A stretch of DNA of 64,000 nucleotides from Verrucomicrobiota bacterium (lineage in GTDB: Bacteria > Verrucomicrobiota > Lentisphaeria > Lentisphaerales > Lentisphaeraceae), in contig JBDKFG010000010.1 in the NCBI GenBank assembly GCA_039798785.1, forward strand, positions 23,733 to 87,732. Reading direction: 5' to 3'. Shown piece by piece: positions 61,097 through 64,000 of the stretch. Positions within the stretch are counted from its first letter, which is position 1. Every line of letters begins with the position of its first letter. The position numbers were made by a program, and so were the translations under genes. Below the pieces are notes generated by a model that was not told where the DNA came from, did not search any database, and saw nothing but the letters and a program-made list of their open reading frames with translations.

Positions 61097-64000
61097 ATGC
61101 TCAATCGCTTCGCTTCCACCCTTCTTCTCGGCATCGTCACAGCCCTGGCCGCCTTGCCGGCCCAGGCGCAGGATCCCCAGATCATCATCAAGCCGAATGG
61201 TAACGGCCCGACCTACACCATCCCCGACACTCAGCTCAGCCAAACATTGCGCTTGTGCTACAACCTCTATGTCACCGCATACAAATGCACACAGTGCAAC
61301 TCGGACGGAACAATATCCGAGCGTCTGGTCGCTGCTGATTCGAGCCATAGCTGCCAGATGATCCGCGTCTTCCCCTTGGGCTCGATGATCGACACCGCCA
61401 GCTTCAACCACATCCAGAGCGTCACCGACCTCAAGCTCGGACAGAGCTCCGGCGGCTGCAGCTCCTGCGGCAGCTCGGCGCCGAGCTCAGGCATCAGCGC
61501 CGCCGCCTTCAGCCGCATCTTCCGCAGCCGCGACGTCTGCAGCGCCCCGTCCTCCTTCGGTGTCGGTGTCTACTCGTCCAACGACGTCTCGCTCAGCCTC
61601 TTCACCGACGCCTCCGGCATCCCGGTCATCGACGTCTTCAACCCCTCGGAGCTGGGCATCCGCCGCCTCAAGCTCTCCGGCTCGAAGTTCATCGACTCCA
61701 CCTACGAAGCCAGCCGCGGCATCCTCCTCTACACCGCCACCGGCGCCGCCACCACCAGCTTCGCCCAGGCCGCCACCTGCGTCCTCACCCAGAACGACGG
61801 CGCCCAGGCCAGCTTCGAAATCTTCCTCGACCAGGACAACGCCGATCCCGCCCTGCGCTCCTACGGCACCCGCCTCGTCAGCCTCCGGCAGCTCGACGGC
61901 AAAGGCTTCACCCTGAGCTACGCCGATGCCGCGGCCTCCTCCGCCTCGCCCGCCGAAAAACGCCGCTACAGCCGCCTCGCCGACAGCCAGGGAGGCAGCA
62001 TCGATTTCTCCTGGACCCCCACTCTCGTCGGCAGCGGCTTCGCCGTCGCCGCCGCCACCGGCTCCGACGGCCAGACCGTCACCTACGCCTATTCAGGCAA
62101 CAATTTCGCCTCCGCCACCTACGGAGACGGCTCCCAGGCCTCGCTGGCCTGGAGCATCCGCTCCTCCGGCCTGACCCAGGCCCACTTCGTCGAGCCCCGC
62201 CTCGGCGCCCTCGATCGCGACAAATACGCCCTCTACACCTCGGCCAGCACCGCCCTCCAGAGCCATGAATACACCGGCCTGGGCGGCGACGGCGTCCACC
62301 ACTTCAACTCCGCCTCCAACCTCTGCCTCGCCGTGGTCAAGAACGGCGAAACCACCTTCGTCATGGCGCAAGATCCCGTCTACGCCAACAACCGCTGGAT
62401 CTACGAGGGCGGCGGCCGCCTTCGCAAGATCGAGGCGGAATCCTCCCGCGAATACAAGTCCTGGACCTTCAACCCCAACGCCGCCAGCCTCGGCAGCGCC
62501 TTCAGCGGCTCCCTCGATTCCTACGCCCACTCCCAGCCGGCCAACCCGTCCACCGCCAAGGGCCGACCCGAGCAGTTGCAGATGCCCGACGGCACCCGCA
62601 CCAAGTCCTTCTACTCCGCCGACGGCAGCCTCCGCGCCGTCCTCCACGCCGACGGCAGCTACGAACGATTCCTGTGGGACGCCAACCGCAAGATGACCAT
62701 GCACCAGGACCGCTCCGGCCGCATCGAGAAATTCACCTACTCGCCTGAAGGCCTCAAAACCAGCCACAGCACCGGCTGGGCCCAGAAGCGCGTCTATGAG
62801 GTCGCCGCCACCGCCCCCGGCCTCAAGGCCTCGCTCTACGCCACCGACCCGCTCAGCACCGGCATGCCCGACTTCTCCACCCTCGCCCCCTACGCCGTCG
62901 AACGTCAGCTCGACCTCAGCCTGCCCGATGTCATGGCTCTCGACCGCTTCGCCGTCGTCTTCGAAGGCGATATCGATGTCTCCGCCGCCGGCGACTACAC
63001 CTTCTTCGTCCTCGCCGACGACGGCGCCCAGCTCTTCATCGACAACGCGCCCGTCGCCACCGGCCCCAACTGGGCCACCGAAGGCTCCGGCAGCCTCTCC
63101 CTCAGCCCCGGCAAACACGCCATCAAGGTGACTTATTACGAAACCACCGGCGCCGAGAAGCTCCAGGTCAAATGGCAGGGCCCCGGCATCGCCAAACAGC
63201 TCATCCCCGCCAGCGTCTTCTCCCACACCGTCGCGCAGCAGGAAGTCGAAGCCGTCGCCACGACCGAGGCCGCCACCGAATCCTGGGAATACTACCCCGC
63301 CGGTCACCCCAACCAGTTCCTGCTCAAATCCCACACCGACTTCAAGGGCGTCAAAGACCAGATCCTCACCTACGACTCCCGCAACCGCCTGATCAAGGTC
63401 GAGGAGATCAATGACGCCGGCGACGCCTACATCGCCAAACAGATCATCACCCACGACGAATCCGGCGTCGCCTCCGTCACCGACGCCAACGGCCGCACCA
63501 CCAGCTTCCAACGCGACAACATGGGCCGCCTGATCTGCACCACCTACTACGACGGCTCCACCGAAAAAACCTTCTTCGGCAACTCCGGCAACTCCGCCGG
63601 CCTCGTCGTCAAAACCAAGGACCGCTCCGGCGCCACCACCACCTACGCCCACGACGCCAACGGCCGCACCGTCCAGACCATCCGCGGCTACTCGATCATC
63701 GATGCCAACGGCAACGAAGTCGTCCAGGCCGCCTCGGCCCAATCAGTCGAAACCTGCACCTACCTCGACGGCAGCACCTTGAAGAAATCCTGCCTGCGCG
63801 ACGGCGAGCTCACCGAGTACGAGTACGACGCCGAGCTCCGCATGATCTCCTCCAAGACCTGGGTCTCCGCCACCAAGGCCCTCGTCTCCACCAGCAGCTA
63901 CCTCGACGGCAAGCTCTTCTCCAGCACCGATGCCTACGGCCGCCGCTCCTTCAGCTTCTACCGCCCCTCCGACCAGGCCCTCGTCCGCAGCGTCCAGGAA
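61097..64000 (+). CDS. RHS/YD-repeat protein with Sec signal peptide and internal PA14 domain (3' end beyond window)
   Basis: Manual translation open from ATG 61097 to the edge: signal peptide ending AQA; YD repeats (TYDSRNRL, VTDANGRTTSFQRDNMGRL, YEYDAELR); PA14 motif FAVVFEGDI..GDYTFFVLADDGAQLFID..W.GPGIAKQLIP at ~62819-63226. Confidence 0.9.
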   Translation, partial: MLNRFASTLLLGIVTALAALPAQAQDPQIIIKPNGNGPTYTIPDTQLSQTLRLCYNLYVTAYKCTQCNSDGTISERLVAADSSHSCQMIRVFPLGSMIDTASFNHIQSVTDLKLGQSSGGCSSCGSSAPSSGISAAAFSRIFRSRDVCSAPSSFGVGVYSSNDVSLSLFTDASGIPVIDVFNPSELGIRRLKLSGSKFIDSTYEASRGILLYTATGAATTSFAQAATCVLTQNDGAQASFEIFLDQDNADPALRSYGTRLVSLRQLDGKGFTLSYADAAASSASPAEKRRYSRLADSQGGSIDFSWTPTLVGSGFAVAAATGSDGQTVTYAYSGNNFASATYGDGSQASLAWSIRSSGLTQAHFVEPRLGALDRDKYALYTSASTALQSHEYTGLGGDGVHHFNSASNLCLAVVKNGETTFVMAQDPVYANNRWIYEGGGRLRKIEAESSREYKSWTFNPNAASLGSAFSGSLDSYAHSQPANPSTAKGRPEQLQMPDGTRTKSFYSADGSLRAVLHADGSYERFLWDANRKMTMHQDRSGRIEKFTYSPEGLKTSHSTGWAQKRVYEVAATAPGLKASLYATDPLSTGMPDFSTLAPYAVERQLDLSLPDVMALDRFAVVFEGDIDVSAAGDYTFFVLADDGAQLFIDNAPVATGPNWATEGSGSLSLSPGKHAIKVTYYETTGAEKLQVKWQGPGIAKQLIPASVFSHTVAQQEVEAVATTEAATESWEYYPAGHPNQFLLKSHTDFKGVKDQILTYDSRNRLIKVEEINDAGDAYIAKQIITHDESGVASVTDANGRTTSFQRDNMGRLICTTYYDGSTEKTFFGNSGNSAGLVVKTKDRSGATTTYAHDANGRTVQTIRGYSIIDANGNEVVQAASAQSVETCTYLDGSTLKKSCLRDGELTEYEYDAELRMISSKTWVSATKALVSTSSYLDGKLFSSTDAYGRRSFSFYRPSDQALVRSVQE

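Overview
High-GC bacterial chromosomal segment. It is most likely from the PVC superphylum (Lentisphaerota-like), inferred from H-X9-DG/prepilin-type proteins, a GntR regulator with a LacI-like C-terminus, PVC-style REP repeats and a retained ftsA. It is mostly housekeeping: uppP (partial), RND pump, pepA, monomeric icd, rsmE, sufE, a Zn/Mn ABC transporter, dnaA with two tRNA-Ala(GGC), tdh, an S1-domain protein, thiG, secDF-yajC, coaD, an isolated fliH/fliI-like pair, trkH, lptF/G, a stand-alone ftsA, cutA, an ABC-F ATPase and tig-clpP-clpX. The accessory content is: a complete group IIC intron behind the clpX terminator; a 5' stub of the same intron behind the tdh terminator; a Sec-signal RHS/YD protein with an internal PA14 domain that runs off the right edge; an orphan RHS fragment; a 5'-truncated metacaspase remnant; and several REP-like and 7-10-mer tandem repeat families. 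The best candidates for something undescribed are (i) an AT-rich ankyrin gene cassette bracketed by inverted (AATTAAG)n arrays inside an operon, with a related lone array before coaD, (ii) a large, heavily remodelled CBS/family-II pyrophosphatase-like protein, and (iii) a structured ~170-nt intergenic RNA candidate. All calls come from reading motifs by eye; no searches were run.
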